A stretch of DNA of 64,000 nt from an uncultured virus (IMG/VR IMGVR_UViG_3300005077_000036). Taxonomy: Duplodnaviria > Heunggongvirae > Uroviricota > Caudoviricetes. The notes below the pieces were generated by a model. It saw nothing but the letters and a program-made list of their open reading frames with translations. It had not been told where the DNA came from and did not search any database. Shown one piece after another: positions 38,614 to 47,456 of the stretch. Numbering within the stretch: position 1 is the first letter of the stretch; each line of letters opens with the position of its first letter. The position numbers were made by a program, and so were the translations under genes. The stretch is taken from the IMG/VR virus record IMGVR_UViG_3300005077_000036. The stretch is one strand, 5' to 3'.

Positions 38614-38805
38614 CTACGCCTTCAGTTTGGATGCCACGTCCGTGGCTGCTTGCCCTGCGATCCAGGCGCCCACCACCCATTTGATGAAATCGAGCGCTTG
38701 ATCTCCGGCGATACGGCCGGCGACCGCGAGCACGACGATGATGAGAACAGCAACGAGCGCAATGACGAACTTGCGCGATGAGAAGAGTTCGACGAGCTTG
38801 TCCAT
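38614..38805 (-). CDS. Holin-like two-TM protein
   Basis: SRKFVIALVAVLIIVVL...WVVGAWIAGQAATD. Confidence 0.65.
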   Translation of the reverse strand: MDKLVELFSSRKFVIALVAVLIIVVLAVAGRIAGDQALDFIKWVVGAWIAGQAATDVASKLKA

Positions 38806-38968
38806 GGCTTGAAAATATTGCATCCTTCCGGCGCGCGCAAGGAGGCGGGCTATGGTTATGGATCGTGATGAAGCCGTGGAATTTCGAAGGGCTGCCAGGG
38901 TGAGGGCGAGGAGGCGCAGGGCGCTTGACGTGCTCGGCAGGGAGGTTGACCGACTGCGAATTCGCCTG

Positions 38969-40549
38969 CTACCAGCCGTCTACATTGCCAGTGCGCTTTG
39001 CTTTTCGGCGGAGCAAGAGCAAGGCTAGAAGAGCGGCTGCGACGCCCGCGGTTGCAGCGGGGATACCGTAATCTGGATTGGCTCTCGCCCAGTCCCAGGC
39101 GCGGGCCATCGCGGATTTTCGGCGGTGTAGGCTGGATAAATTGATCGTTCTCCTAATGAAAGGGGGCTCGGGCAATTCCAGAGAGGGAGATAAATTGCGG
39201 GTTAGCAACGAGTTAGGGATGATGGTCTTCCGTTTTACTATCGAAAAGGACGGCTTGACCATTGTCAAACTAGCTTTTGTAGCAAAACTTGATCTGGACA
39301 AGCTTCTTTTAGACTTGAGGGCGTAGTCGCTTGCGAAAGCGTCAATAAAGTGCAGGATAGCGGGCTCAAGTTTCATGATGCGATGCTCAACGAATAGCTT
39401 CGTCACCATTGAAACGAAGACCTCTACGTCTTTCTTAGTGCACTCCGAGCACACCTTATCGTACCCCCAGTCGGACCACTGGTCCCCACCATTCAGGTAG
39501 ACGATTTTCCCTTGCGTGGATGACCGACGAGCACTGTCGTAGAACCCAAGCTTACGCAGCTCCATGTGGAAAAAGTCGATAAACACCTCTCGGGCGACGA
39601 GGGCATCATCGCTGGCGGATTCCGGCGCAGGCACCGGCCATGGGGGTTTCAAGACTTCACGGTGGATAGCAAGTTTCCGCTCTGCATCCACAAATGCTAT
39701 CAGCTCTTGAATCCTGCCAGAATTCTTCTTGCTCTTCGCAAATTCATACGCCATGAGCAGCGCCCTGTCGCGGTCGTGCCAAGCCCTCCATCGCTCGGCC
39801 ACGCGCTGCCTGATGCCCGGATCGTCTTGAACGAGATCAACGAACGGCATTGCAATCCCTTGACGCCTTGTTCTCTCGCCCTCCCAGAGGCCCACAATGG
39901 CACCATTGAGGGCGCCGTTGGTTGCACCTACGATGCTATCAAAAACTTTTCGCTTTTTGTCTTTGGAAAACTCCGACTTTGATTCTCCAAAAACAGATGA
40001 GACGAGAGTGCCTATGGGCTTTAGAATCTTGAGCCCTTGGCCCAGAGTAAGAACATCAATAACCCCGTCGATGCCCACTCCAAATGTGACTGCGTTCATC
40101 ACATTTCGAATGTGGGGCCACGCGAAATCGACAACGATCGGAGCCGCTTTTGTGCAGAATGTAGTGCCTACTCCGGATGTGTAAAAGGAGCACGCTGCAA
40201 CGGCAGCGAGAGTCAAAGCTGCTTTGGCGCAGGCATCGCCGTCCCCTCCTTGTGCACAGCTCATTGCTAAATTCAACACTTCTGGACTTATGCCTGTATA
40301 AGCAGACGCGGCGTTGAATACGGCGGATTGAGCGCAGGTCGTAGGATCGTTGGCGCACCTCTCAATGTCCGCGATTGGAACGCCGGTCTCCTGCGACAGT
40401 TGTTCCATGAGCCGCCGCTTTGCCTCTGCGGTCGCGCATGCCTGCGGGTCCGAGTGACAACGCATGATAGCGTCGTAGACGCGAAGATACGAAGCGGCTG
40501 TCGGATCCGTTCGAGCGTACTGCTCAAGAAGTAGTCTTGCCGTAGACAT
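38969..40549 (-). CDS. Large protein with Cys-patterned N-terminus and C-terminal TM anchor (possibly structural)
   Basis: CHSDPQAC, CANDPTTC, CAQGGDGDAC; tail AGVAAALLALLLLRRKAKR; the DNA looks more AT-rich than its flanks. Confidence 0.6.
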   Translation of the reverse strand: MSTARLLLEQYARTDPTAASYLRVYDAIMRCHSDPQACATAEAKRRLMEQLSQETGVPIADIERCANDPTTCAQSAVFNAASAYTGISPEVLNLAMSCAQGGDGDACAKAALTLAAVAACSFYTSGVGTTFCTKAAPIVVDFAWPHIRNVMNAVTFGVGIDGVIDVLTLGQGLKILKPIGTLVSSVFGESKSEFSKDKKRKVFDSIVGATNGALNGAIVGLWEGERTRRQGIAMPFVDLVQDDPGIRQRVAERWRAWHDRDRALLMAYEFAKSKKNSGRIQELIAFVDAERKLAIHREVLKPPWPVPAPESASDDALVAREVFIDFFHMELRKLGFYDSARRSSTQGKIVYLNGGDQWSDWGYDKVCSECTKKDVEVFVSMVTKLFVEHRIMKLEPAILHFIDAFASDYALKSKRSLSRSSFATKASLTMVKPSFSIVKRKTIIPNSLLTRNLSPSLELPEPPFIRRTINLSSLHRRKSAMARAWDWARANPDYGIPAATAGVAAALLALLLLRRKAKRTGNVDGW

Positions 40550-40779
40550 TACTGCGCCTTTCCGGCCTTGTACGCGAGCCCCAAGCCTACGACGATGGCG
40601 AGCCCGATTCCGACTCCAACAATTGCTTTCGTGGTGTCGAGAGCGGAAAGTGGAGCGCTCGCGCCCGCGTCCGTGTCTGAGTCCGTGGCGGCTGTCCGGA
40701 TCTGGGGCGCTCCCTTGGGTGGGAGTAGTTGGATTTGAGGGGAAGGCTTTCGCGTAACTTGCGTGATGAGCGTGGGCAT
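40549..40779 (-). CDS. Small C-terminal TM protein
   Basis: AIVGVGIGLAIVVGLGLAYK; GGCACAAT -10-like element just upstream. Confidence 0.55.
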   Translation of the reverse strand: MPTLITQVTRKPSPQIQLLPPKGAPQIRTAATDSDTDAGASAPLSALDTTKAIVGVGIGLAIVVGLGLAYKAGKAQ

Positions 40780-40820
40780 GCCCGGATTGTGCCCGGACCG
40801 GGCGCCCGCGTCAAAGTGCG

Positions 40821-41975
40821 CTATCTGCGCGAGCGCCTGGCTTTTCTCGGGCGGCTAGTGCCTCGTGATTGGACGCGATCGAGGGCGTCGTCGATGCGGC
40901 TCCCGATCTTTTCTTGCACGGCTCGGGAGTAACGATGCTTGTGCACCTTGAACCACTTGGCAGCTCGCCACGGTAGGATGCTCGCCCATTTGCCGCTTCT
41001 CGAATTCACTGGGTACGCCCAGCACTCTGGGTAGGCGTAGTCGCTGCGTTTGGTAGCTCCCAGGCGCATGTATTTCTTGCGGGGCTTCTTCCAGCAGGTT
41101 GCACCGCCGCGCTTGCCCCGGATCCCTTTGCCCCGGCGGTTCGCCTGTGCCTCTCCGACTTGCACGATCGGCGATGGGCGAATGACGTCGCCTTGGAGCG
41201 CGCCAGCGTACGGTTCACCGTACACGGTCGGCGAAGACACGGCTGGCATGACCTGTGTGTGGCGGGGAAGGTGCTGCATCGGGGCGGACGGGGTTCGGTG
41301 GTACGACGCGTATGCCTTCGCCCGATCTGCTGCTCGGCGACGTTCCTGCTCCCAGCCGTAGTCGTCGACTCGCTTGTACGCCGCCGCTCCGATGTCATAC
41401 GCCCTCGAACCTGCCCGCTCTGCGAAGTCAGAGGTCGTCTGGGCGTAGTCTTCCCAAGGCAAGTCACGGACGTGCTGGTAGCCCCTTTTCGCGGCGCCAG
41501 CAGCCTGTTTCCCGTACTTCTTCCAAGGAACGGCTTTGACCTTTTCGTAGCCCTTGCCGGCGTACTCTTTGGCCTTTGAGCGGTAGGAAGTTCGGGAAGC
41601 GCGTCCGGGCAAGCGCTGGGGCTCGTCGTCGCCGTCGTCGTCCTCTTCCAAGTCTCCCTCGTCGAAGTCGTCGTCGAACTCACCGTCCAACTCGTTGCCG
41701 ACCTCATCGTCCATTCCGTCATCTTCGAACTCATCTTCGAGTTCGCCCTTCCCCCCGGGCAGGCGTTTGATCATTCGCATGACTTCTGCCTCCGACATCG
41801 CTCTGCTCGCGGGCACCGAGTGGAGAGCTGGCTCGGATGTCGCGGGTGGTTGCAAAAATCGGTTCTTGCTCCGGCGGCGATGCCTCTTGACGAGCACGAT
41901 GCCCATGTAGAATGCGACCGCGCTCAGGGCCACGGCGACGAGTGTGGTGGAGGGGGAAGTAGGCGACTCCTGCAT
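40821..41975 (-). CDS. TM protein with acidic tract, helical repeats and basic C-terminal domain
   Basis: TM followed by KRHRRRSKNR; D/E tract; repeated W..Y segments; RSDYAYPECWAYPV is loosely DUF6582-like. Confidence 0.6.
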   Translation of the reverse strand: MQESPTSPSTTLVAVALSAVAFYMGIVLVKRHRRRSKNRFLQPPATSEPALHSVPASRAMSEAEVMRMIKRLPGGKGELEDEFEDDGMDDEVGNELDGEFDDDFDEGDLEEDDDGDDEPQRLPGRASRTSYRSKAKEYAGKGYEKVKAVPWKKYGKQAAGAAKRGYQHVRDLPWEDYAQTTSDFAERAGSRAYDIGAAAYKRVDDYGWEQERRRAADRAKAYASYHRTPSAPMQHLPRHTQVMPAVSSPTVYGEPYAGALQGDVIRPSPIVQVGEAQANRRGKGIRGKRGGATCWKKPRKKYMRLGATKRSDYAYPECWAYPVNSRSGKWASILPWRAAKWFKVHKHRYSRAVQEKIGSRIDDALDRVQSRGTSRPRKARRSRR

Positions 41976-42098
41976 GCCCGAAGAATCCGCCACCTCGAAG
42001 GCTGGCGCAAGGATGCGCCTACGGGACGTACCTGCCCGGAGGTAGCGAGACATACCTCACAAAGCTTTGGCCCGTGACAGTGTACGCGTCGCTCATGC

Positions 42099-42434
42099 TC
42101 ACACCTGCAAGCCTCTGGGCCACCCCTTTGACGCCAAGTTCATGTGTGCAGCGTCATCTGCGAACCAGGCCTCCGCTTTCCGCCAATCATCCTCAGATAA
42201 TTCAGTGTCAAATTCGAATCTGTCCATCACCGCGCGATGTATGTCTGGCAAGTACGCTTTGTAAAAAGCAAACCAGAACGTATGCTCGTTGAGCCCGGCT
42301 TCCCGGCTTAGAAACATGAGGTATTCGGACATGTCCGCGTAGGACCGGACGCCGTCTCGCTTTGCGGCTCGCACGATCTTGCGAGCAACGCTCTCCGGGT
42401 TCAAGTGTCTAAACTTGGGACGCCTTCGACTCAT
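42099..42434 (-). CDS. Hypothetical protein with basic N-terminal ..LNP tag
   Basis: MSRRRPKFRHLNPE; TACACT 6 nt before ATG. Confidence 0.55.
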   Translation of the reverse strand: MSRRRPKFRHLNPESVARKIVRAAKRDGVRSYADMSEYLMFLSREAGLNEHTFWFAFYKAYLPDIHRAVMDRFEFDTELSEDDWRKAEAWFADDAAHMNLASKGWPRGLQV

Positions 42435-42479
42435 GCGGCGAGTGTACGGCGCGACGTCGGGATCGAGCAAGGGGGGTGG

Positions 42480-42767
42480 TCAGTTGGTTTGCGCGCACTC
42501 TCGCAGGTGTTTGATGAACGATTCGCACTCCTGCCGGTCAACTGGGGAAATTTGCCCGGTCAGAAGGCGCTTCTGGTGTTCGAGTATACACTCGTGCTCC
42601 CAGTCAGTTATCTCGACTGTGGTCGAAGCTCCAGGCGTTCGGGCGGGTTCTGGTCTTCGATACACTTCCCATGCGTACTTGTTGAAAAGCGTGACTTCGT
42701 AACCACCGTCCATGATTTGGTAGGCTAGGAGGCGACAGCGTGGGTGGGTGATTAGGATTCTCGGCAT
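42480..42767 (-). CDS. Hypothetical protein
   Basis: GAGG RBS; MPRILITHPRCR. Confidence 0.5.
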   Translation of the reverse strand: MPRILITHPRCRLLAYQIMDGGYEVTLFNKYAWEVYRRPEPARTPGASTTVEITDWEHECILEHQKRLLTGQISPVDRQECESFIKHLRECAQTN

Positions 42768-43449
42768 GCTCAATCCTCGAACATGTAGGGGAAAGCACGG
42801 GCTGCAGTCGCCCGGTCGCACCAGCCTTCAGGAACCTTCACTACGTCCCGAAAGCCTTCGCTTACGAGGAAGTGAGACGTTCCGTCTTCGAGCCTGTATT
42901 CGCGGAGTCTGCAGTGTTCGTCCGGGGGGCAGGATCGTGCGTTGATTGCTTGACCGAACGGGGTTTGTTCTGCGCACGATTCGAACGCAAGCGTCGTGAT
43001 GGGCGGTGTCCTTGGACTGATCTTCATGTTCGAAGCGTGCATTATGCGCGTGTGCACGTCAACAAGATTGCCCGTCTGTTGACGGCTTGCCGTCGCGTCA
43101 CTGCCGCACAGGTGCCTTTGGCACCTCGCGACCGCATCATCCCTCAAGAGGGTATGAGACCGGCCTACTAGGCCGGATACCGACTCCCTTCTGTAAGAGT
43201 AAAGAGGGTACGCGCGCACTTGCTGGGAAAGAGGGGGGTTCAGGGGAGATAGGGTACGCGCTTCTGCGTGTTGAAAGTCAATAATCACCACGTAGTGCTA
43301 CCCCACACGTGACGATTCCGTACCTAATCGCCACGTATGGAGCCTCGCGCCGGTCCCCACCTCCACCCATGGCCGGCGGCACACTGAGATCATCTGCAGC
43401 CCGTCGAGGCCGACCTGCCCGCGAACGCGCATATCGTGCACAATTGCGA

Positions 43450-43479
43450 TTGACCGTGTGCTGCGCAGGTGCTAACCAT
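43450..43479 (+). promoter_or_regulatory. Sigma70-like promoter at the start of the plus-strand block
   Basis: TTGACC-17 nt-TAACCAT. Confidence 0.45.
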
Positions 43480-43535
43480 GGCCATGCTCGCAGGGTGCGG
43501 GCACGATGGACCGCTCGCAGGAAGGACCGGGAAAG

Positions 43536-43757
43536 ATGAACCGGGCATTTTTCGAAGAACTCGACGCGGCATGGGGTATTGACCACGGGGTGGATGCGCT
43601 GGCGGAGGACCACGGCACCCTGCACGACTACGACACGGCGGCAGCAATCCGCCCGGCCACTGCCGAGGAGCGCGCCGAGTCTGTGGCCGCTGCCGAGACC
43701 GACGGGGGCGCAGGAGTCATCCGCGTGGATGGCCGTCGGTGCTACGTGCAGGACTAA
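43536..43757 (+). CDS. Small phage protein
   Basis: HGTLHDYDTAAAIRPATAEE...GVIRVDGRRCYV. Confidence 0.55.
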   Translation: MNRAFFEELDAAWGIDHGVDALAEDHGTLHDYDTAAAIRPATAEERAESVAAAETDGGAGVIRVDGRRCYVQD

Positions 43758-43826
43758 CCACGACGCCACCCACCTCGCCCCGCAGGTTCGTCCCTCGGTC
43801 GCGATGGGCGCGTCCGGCCCGGTCGC

Positions 43827-45161
43827 GTGCGGGCGCTGGCGGAGCTTGCGCGCAAGCTCCGCGCGGAACACGTCCCGCGTTTGTCTCGTAGGCGCACGCG
43901 CGCACTGCTCCGTTTCGACGGAGCCACGCTGCGCGCGTGGATCGGCGACAAGCACATGACGGGCGACCTTGTGCGCCCGGACTGGGAAGGGTTGCGTGCG
44001 GCCGAACAGGCCGTACGCGAGATGGGACCCGTCCTGCAGGACGCGCGCGTGCGCGCGTTCGATTGGGCGACCCCGCGAGCCCGAGCGTACGTCTCGCTCC
44101 GAGAGGCGGGCGCCGACGTGGGTCGGCTGGTCGATTGGACGCACGGGGAGGAAGCGTGCGCACGCTGGGTTACCGAACGCGGGTACACCCGCTCGGTCGC
44201 GCCCTATTGGCGCGACCTGTCGGGCATGGCCGACGCTTTCAACGCGGTCGTGCGGGCGCGCTACTCGTTTAGGGATACGGATCTTGACTCGTACGAGAAC
44301 GCGGACTACGCGGTCGATGCCGCGAGCCGCGAGATCCGCGACCTTCGCGAGCGCTTCCAGGTTTGGGGCTCCGCTCCGGGCGTACGCCTGGACGGTGAGC
44401 ATGAGGTGGAGTCGGGCGAATGGCTCGTCGGCGAACGGGCGACCGTTCGCGTAACCTCCGTGCACAACCACGTCGTGGTTGTGCACGCGGCGCCAGGGGC
44501 GACCGTGCACGCGTCGGCGGAGTTGGGAATGGTCATCGTGCACGCGGCGCCAGGGGCGACCGTGCTTGGCCCTGACAGCGCTCGCGGCGTCGTGGTGATA
44601 AGCCGGGACGCGCCCGACACGGTGCACGGGCGCATGGCCGTTGCGTACGCCGTAGCCACTGAGTATGTGGTTGCGCCCATGCTTAAGGGTGCGCTCTGCC
44701 CGGCGTATCCCGATCTGGACGTTCGCAAAGCTGCCCAGATCGTACTGGGCAAATCGCCCGTCGAGCTTTCGGACGGGCAGCTTACGCGTGCGGAAGCGCA
44801 CGCATGGTGCGTCGATGGGGCGAAGCTGTTGCCGCAGCAATGGCTGATCCGCCATCTGCCGATGCCCGAGGGGGCGCCGTTCTGCCCGCGATCGGTCACG
44901 ATCGCTCGGTGGATGCTCGCGGTCCACAAGCGCGGCGCGTGGGGCCAGCTTACGCGCATCCGCACGATTCACGGCCCCGCTGGGGCGACCGTTCGGTCTG
45001 CGCTGATCGCGCAGATTGACGAGATCCAGGACGTGGATCTCGTAGAAGGCGATCGGACGCACGTGGACGTCGCGTTCCAACGCGCGGCCCAGCGCGTGAT
45101 AGACCGGCTCGAAGCGTGCAACCCGGAGTCGGAAAGGGTGCTCGCACCACGCACCACGTAG
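43827..45161 (+). CDS. PcfJ-related protein lacking the C-terminal PcfJ core
   Basis: IDEIQDVDLVEG..AFQRAAQRV matches LDEIQDVDLAEG..AFERAAERV at 15.7 kb; internal repeat VHAAPGATV x2. Confidence 0.6.
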   Translation: MRALAELARKLRAEHVPRLSRRRTRALLRFDGATLRAWIGDKHMTGDLVRPDWEGLRAAEQAVREMGPVLQDARVRAFDWATPRARAYVSLREAGADVGRLVDWTHGEEACARWVTERGYTRSVAPYWRDLSGMADAFNAVVRARYSFRDTDLDSYENADYAVDAASREIRDLRERFQVWGSAPGVRLDGEHEVESGEWLVGERATVRVTSVHNHVVVVHAAPGATVHASAELGMVIVHAAPGATVLGPDSARGVVVISRDAPDTVHGRMAVAYAVATEYVVAPMLKGALCPAYPDLDVRKAAQIVLGKSPVELSDGQLTRAEAHAWCVDGAKLLPQQWLIRHLPMPEGAPFCPRSVTIARWMLAVHKRGAWGQLTRIRTIHGPAGATVRSALIAQIDEIQDVDLVEGDRTHVDVAFQRAAQRVIDRLEACNPESERVLAPRTT

Positions 45162-45227
45162 CATGCGCGCGTTTTCTATTTATCGGCGACGGCGGCGGAG
45201 CAGCGGAGCGAAAAATCAGAACCAAGC

Positions 45228-45256
45228 TTGACTTTGTTTTTTCCGCGTGGTAAAGG
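45228..45256 (+). promoter_or_regulatory. Sigma70-like promoter of the AAA operon
   Basis: TTGACT-17 nt-TAAAGG with extended TG; A-rich upstream. Confidence 0.45.
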
Positions 45257-45320
45257 CAAGGCTCCCTTGCAGCGGTGCAAGGCGGAACGGAACGACGGAA
45301 CGAATGAAGGAAGGAACACA

Positions 45321-46865
45321 ATGGCCACGACAACAACCACCCTTGTTCAACGATTGGCGCACGCACGTGCGCGAGGCGTACCGCTCATCGCTGTGCGTAC
45401 GCCGGACATGCCCGCCAGCGTGCGGACGATCGCAACCGGTGTGAAGGAAGCACCGGTCGTCGCGTGGGACAGCGTACGGGGGTACTACTCCCCGTTCCTG
45501 TCCAACGACAAAAGCGACCGCGCAAAGGCGAGCGCGGACGCTCTCGCCCGCATGATGCAGGACTTGGATCCTGCGATGACCACGGACGCGACCAGTGCGC
45601 TCGAACTCGCGACCGAGGCGCCGGCCGGGACGTGGGTTGTCATGCAGTCCGCACACCGGTTCACGGACGGCGCGCAGGATGGGAAAGCCACGCAGGCGAT
45701 CCTGAACCTGCGCGACGGCTATCAGTCGACCGGGCGCACGCTGGTCCTGCTCGGACCGGCGTTCACGTTCGCGCCCGAGATTGGTCAGGACGTGTACGTC
45801 ATGGAGCAGCCGTACCCGACCGAAAGCGAGCGCAAGGCGCGCGTCCTCGAACTCGTTGACAAGGCCGTTCCCGGAAAGGTGAACGACCGAGCGGTCTCAC
45901 AGGCGGTCGCGTACACCCGTGGACTTGCGGACTTTGTGGTCACGCAGAGCGTTGCGCTCGCTCTCGGCCCGAAAGGGCTTGACCTGGACGTGCTGCGCGA
46001 AGTCTGGCGCGAAGCGATCGACGCGACCCCTGGCCTTCGCGTACAGCCGGACGGTCGCCTCGAAGACATCGCGGGGCTGGCGAACCTGAAGGCGTTCGCC
46101 CAGCGTGTCACAGGCGGAACCGGTCGCCCGGACGTGATCGTCTGGGTGGACGAGATCGAGAAGGCGCTCGCGGGTGGGTACGGGTCGGGCGCGGACTCGT
46201 CGGGCGCTTCCCAGGCGATCCTCGGCGCCATGCTGCGCGAGATGGAAGGCGCCAAGGATGAGGGCATGATCTTGCTCGGCCCGCCTGGTACGGGCAAGAG
46301 CATGAGCGCACAGGCGTTCGGGGCGACCGCTGGCGTTCCCACGGTCGCGTTCGTCCCGGAAGCATGCAAAGGATCGCTCGTCGGGCAAACGGAGCAGAAC
46401 GTTGCCCGTGCGATGCAGGTCAAACGCTCGATCGGCGGACGGGCGTACTGGGTTGCGACGTGCAACCGGATTGACACCCTGCCGCCCGAGCTTTTGCGCC
46501 GGTTCACGGACGGCGTCTGGTACGTGGATCTCCCGGACGCGTCCGAGCTTGACGCGTTGTGGAGCCTGTACCTCGCCAAGTACGGGCTGAAGGCGGACGA
46601 CCGACCGGCCCAGTGTGACGGGTGGACGGGCGCGGACATCCGCAACGTCACGCGCCGTGCCGCCCGCGACGGGGTGAGCGTGATCGAAGTCGCGAAGCAC
46701 CACGTACCGAGCGCACGCGCTTCGCGATCAATCATCGAACGGCAGCGCAAGGCTGCCGAAGGTACGTACGTATCCGCGAGCTATCCGGGCGCGTACAGGA
46801 TGCCCGCAACCGGGCCCGGTATCGCAGGCGACGCCGGGCGCACGTTCGACATGGGAGGCGAGTAA
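45321..46865 (+). CDS. Ycf46-like AAA+ ATPase with permuted Walker B/Walker A order
   Basis: DIAGLANLK, VWVDEIEK, GPPGTGKS, SLVGQTE, VATCN, LPPELLRR, YVDLP, GWTGADI. Confidence 0.85.
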   Translation: MATTTTTLVQRLAHARARGVPLIAVRTPDMPASVRTIATGVKEAPVVAWDSVRGYYSPFLSNDKSDRAKASADALARMMQDLDPAMTTDATSALELATEAPAGTWVVMQSAHRFTDGAQDGKATQAILNLRDGYQSTGRTLVLLGPAFTFAPEIGQDVYVMEQPYPTESERKARVLELVDKAVPGKVNDRAVSQAVAYTRGLADFVVTQSVALALGPKGLDLDVLREVWREAIDATPGLRVQPDGRLEDIAGLANLKAFAQRVTGGTGRPDVIVWVDEIEKALAGGYGSGADSSGASQAILGAMLREMEGAKDEGMILLGPPGTGKSMSAQAFGATAGVPTVAFVPEACKGSLVGQTEQNVARAMQVKRSIGGRAYWVATCNRIDTLPPELLRRFTDGVWYVDLPDASELDALWSLYLAKYGLKADDRPAQCDGWTGADIRNVTRRAARDGVSVIEVAKHHVPSARASRSIIERQRKAAEGTYVSASYPGAYRMPATGPGIAGDAGRTFDMGGE

Positions 46866-46866
46866 A

Positions 46867-47211
46867 ATGCCTTGCTGGACAATCAGCACGTTCACGGTCG
46901 ACCTCGACAAGATCGATCCTGCGAACCTTCGCGGGTCGAACGGGTTCGAGGGGTTGACCGTACAACAGACCCGCAACGGGCTGTACGTCAGCGACGCGTC
47001 AGGCGCGTACTGCGTGATTCAGGACGGCCAAACCGGCGTCCAGGTGATCGCGCAGAACGAGACGGACGCGAACACGCTTGCCGCGAAGCTGCGGCGGGCA
47101 CACGCGACCGCTGTGGTCGAGAAGGCCGCGAAGCGGTTCGGTATGAAGGTGCAGAAGAGCACGTTCAACGCGGGTACGCGAGTGCGTACGCTCAAGATTT
47201 CGGGGGGGTGA
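46867..47211 (+). CDS. DUF1257-like protein
   Basis: Follows the Ycf46-like ATPase; LRRAHATAVVEKAAKRFGMKV...LKI resembles the DUF1257/Ycf35 C-terminus. Confidence 0.55.
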   Translation: MPCWTISTFTVDLDKIDPANLRGSNGFEGLTVQQTRNGLYVSDASGAYCVIQDGQTGVQVIAQNETDANTLAAKLRRAHATAVVEKAAKRFGMKVQKSTFNAGTRVRTLKISGG

Positions 47212-47214
47212 GCC

Positions 47215-47424
47215 ATGGCGAACGGATGGGAGATCACGATCCTTGAGAACGGGGACATCCGCGTCACGTCGGAAGCGTGGACGGGCCCCAAACACATGAC
47301 CGCCGAAAAGTTCCTGCAATTCATCGCGCAGGAAACGAAGGGCGAACACACACGCGTTCGGCGGACGGACGCGAAGCATCACCATCACGAGCACGAGCAC
47401 GACCACGAGCACGAGCACAAATAG
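47215..47424 (+). CDS. DUF2997-like protein with His-rich tail
   Basis: ITILENGDIRVTSEAWTGPKH; tail HHHHEHEHDHEHEHK. Confidence 0.55.
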   Translation: MANGWEITILENGDIRVTSEAWTGPKHMTAEKFLQFIAQETKGEHTRVRRTDAKHHHHEHEHDHEHEHK

Positions 47425-47456
47425 GAGCACGTACGACCATGAACGAAGGAACGAAC

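Noticed and set aside
43278..45164. Long antisense ORFs (also 362-1303, 24636-25757, 45785-46750 and others)
   Set aside because: Shadow ORFs typical of GC-rich DNA, opposite well-supported genes and with no motifs.
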